NCBI GenBank assembly: GCA_965240325.2
Contig: OZ251240.1
Location: 868,001-932,000 of the forward strand
From: Rebecca billardiae RCC1528
Lineage: Eukaryota; Protista; Haptophyta
DNA length: 64,000 bases
Reading direction: 5' to 3'
The notes beneath the pieces were generated by a model, which saw nothing but the letters and a program-made list of their open reading frames with translations, was not told the DNA's origin and did not search any database. Both the position numbers and the translations under genes were made by a program. Positions 62,057 to 64,000 of this stretch are shown in pieces (the first letter of the stretch is position 1; each line of letters starts with the position of its first letter).

Positions 62057-64000
62057 GGGCGAGTCGATGCTGCTGCGCGCGCTGGCGGACGTCTTCGAGG
62101 CGCTGCGTGCGCTGCCCGAGCCCGAGCGCCCCCTCGTCGAGCTGCGCTGCGCACAGCTGCACTGCGAGACGAGCCACGACCTGCTAGCGCCGGGCGCCGG
62201 CGGTACGGGCGACGCAGCCGCCGGGGGCGCGGCGGATGCGGGCGGCAAGGGCGACACGGGCGTGGGCAGCCCGCAGGTGGCGACGCGCGCGGGCGCGGGT
62301 GGCGCCACGCTCGGCTCCATGCGCGTGATCTTCGCGGGCTGTACCACGCGCACGCTCGGTGCGCGCCGCGCCGCGCGCGCGCGCGCGCCACCCTTGGCCT
62401 CGGCCGAACCGTTGGGCGTGTGGGCTGGCAGCTGGGGCGGTGTCTGTGCCACGCGCGGTGTCGCGCCGCGCCTCGCGCGCGCTCTCGGCGCGTGCGGCGC
62501 GCGACCGCGCGCGCTGCGCGTGCGTGCCGAGCGTGAGGCCGACAGTGCGCGTCCCACGCGCGCGCGCGCGCCCCCGTCGCACGGCCGCGCGCGCAGGCGG
62601 CGAGGAGGAGGCGCGAGCGGTGCTGGCGCAGGCGGCGCGCGCGCGGCGTGCGCTCGGCCACTCGCCGCTGCTGGCGAGCGCGGCGGCGTGTGTGCAGCTG
62701 CGCACGCGGCACGCGGGCGCGGTGTCCGCGAAGCTGGTCCCGCCGGACGACGCCGCGGCCGAGGCCGGCGCGGATGGCCGCGCGCTGCTGCAGCGCGCAC
62801 CCGTCTCCACCGCGCGCGCGCCCGCGCTCGGCGGAGGCCAGCTGTGCTTCGTCGTTCTGCCCGAGGGGCCTCCGGCGCCGGCCGGCGGCGCGGCGGCGGC
62901 GTCGGCAGCCGAGGGCTCGCCTCCCGCCGGCGGGGCCGCCGAGTCGTGGACCGCCGCGCTGCGACACGCCGACTCGGGACGCGCCGAGCTCTGGCGGCGC
63001 GTGGGTGCGCTCTCGCGGTGGGCGCGCGCCGGCACGGCCGCGGCCGCGCGCACCGGCGGCGGCGGCGGCGGCGGCGCGCGGCCGGGCGTGCGGCGCGGCG
63101 GCGCGGGCTCGGCGCCGCCGGTCGCGAGCAGCGGCACCTCCCTCGCCGACGGCGCGCCGCTCCCGCCGCCGCTGCTCGCGCGACTACTCGACGACGCGCT
63201 CGACCTCCGCACGCGCTCGCGTGTGGCAGTGGTGTGCTTTGCGCGAGCGCGCGGCGGCGGCGAGCGGCATGCACTCTCGAGCCTGCAGCAGGCGCAGCTG
63301 TGGCTGCGCGCGGCGCTGCGGCCGCAGCAGCTGGACGACGGCGCGCTGGCGCACGCGCTGCAGGCGCGGCTCGACGCGGCGCCCCTCGAGGCGCAGACGG
63401 CCGACGCGCGGCGCGCCGAGCTCGCCGCTCTGCCCGAGCGCGCCGCCGCGGCCGCGGCCGAGCTGCGTCGCGCGCTGAGCGCGACCAGAGAGGAGGGGGC
63501 GCGGCTGCGCAGCAGCGGGCCGGGCGCGGCGCAGGGCGCGGCGCAGGGCAGCGCCCCGGAGGCCGAGGACGTGCGCCGCGCGGTGCACGCCGCGCGCGCA
63601 CGCCTCGAGGCCCTGGGCGTCTCGGCCGCCGCACCTCGGTCCTCAGTGGCAGCGGTCGCGGCCGCGGCGGTCGCGGCGGCAAAGGCGGCGGCGCCGCCGC
63701 AGCCGCCGGTGCCGGTGCCGGCCGCCGTGCAGTCGAAGATCAACCAGTTCAAGAAGGAGGTGGACGCGGCGTGGCAGGAGCTCGCATCGGCGCGGAAGGA
63801 GCGCGAGCTGCTCGAGCGCTCGGTCGACGAGTCGCTGGCCTATCAGGTGCTTGCGCCTTGCTTGCGCAGCCCGCCGCGCCGCGCCGCGCCGCGCCGCGCC
63901 GCCGCCGCCCGCGGGCCAAGCCGCGGGTCGTGCTGCGCACTCGTGCCGCGGCCGTGCCGCGCGCTCGGCCGGCCGGGCGCGCGGGCGATCGCGCGCCGCC
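61448..64000 (+). CDS. Highly divergent kinesin-like protein, continues beyond window
   Basis: SVAIRVLP, TFDCV, VLPTVEHAMRG..NGIVFAFG, TLFG, MLLRALADVF, LRCAQLHCETSHDLL and LLARLLDDAL follow kinesin motor order. Introns at 61872..61977, ~62359..62596 and from ~63847. Confidence 0.75.

Noticed and set aside
1-64000. tRNA, rRNA or snRNA genes
   Set aside because: None recognised by eye; tRNAscan-SE/Infernal would be needed to exclude them.

Overview
Very GC-rich, compact eukaryotic DNA with short spliceosomal introns (donors mostly GTGCGC, one GC-AG). The style fits a haptophyte microalga such as a Pavlovales species, but that is inference only. About 15 supportable protein genes: a 22-aa tandem-repeat protein running off the left edge, a lysozyme-like + Pro-linker + GH18 hydrolase, a bacterial-type PcfJ-like protein with a targeting presequence, a DNL zinc-finger chaperone, glycine-cleavage T protein, two SET-domain methyltransferases, an EDR2-like START protein, a SAM-MTase/CCCH/CCHC protein, an LPCAT-type acyltransferase, a small presequence-bearing protein, an ODF3/SHIPPO protein, a multi-pass membrane protein with a split TIR-like domain, a ~4,400-aa polycystin-like REJ/GPS receptor and a degenerate kinesin. 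Accessory zones (5.8-9.5, 26.7-28.7, 33.4-34.1, 36.3-38.2, 52-61 kb) hold a TA-flanked Tc1/mariner-type MITE, two elements with Helentron/HINE-like ends but unrelated interiors, a TSD-flanked 0.48-kb repeat, a dispersed 48-bp micro-element, a fold-back, pseudogenes (XPG/Exo1 N-terminus, GT29 sialyltransferase) and TA-rich islands. Most long ORFs in the supplied track are antisense shadows. All domain calls are by-eye motif recognition; no database searches were run.
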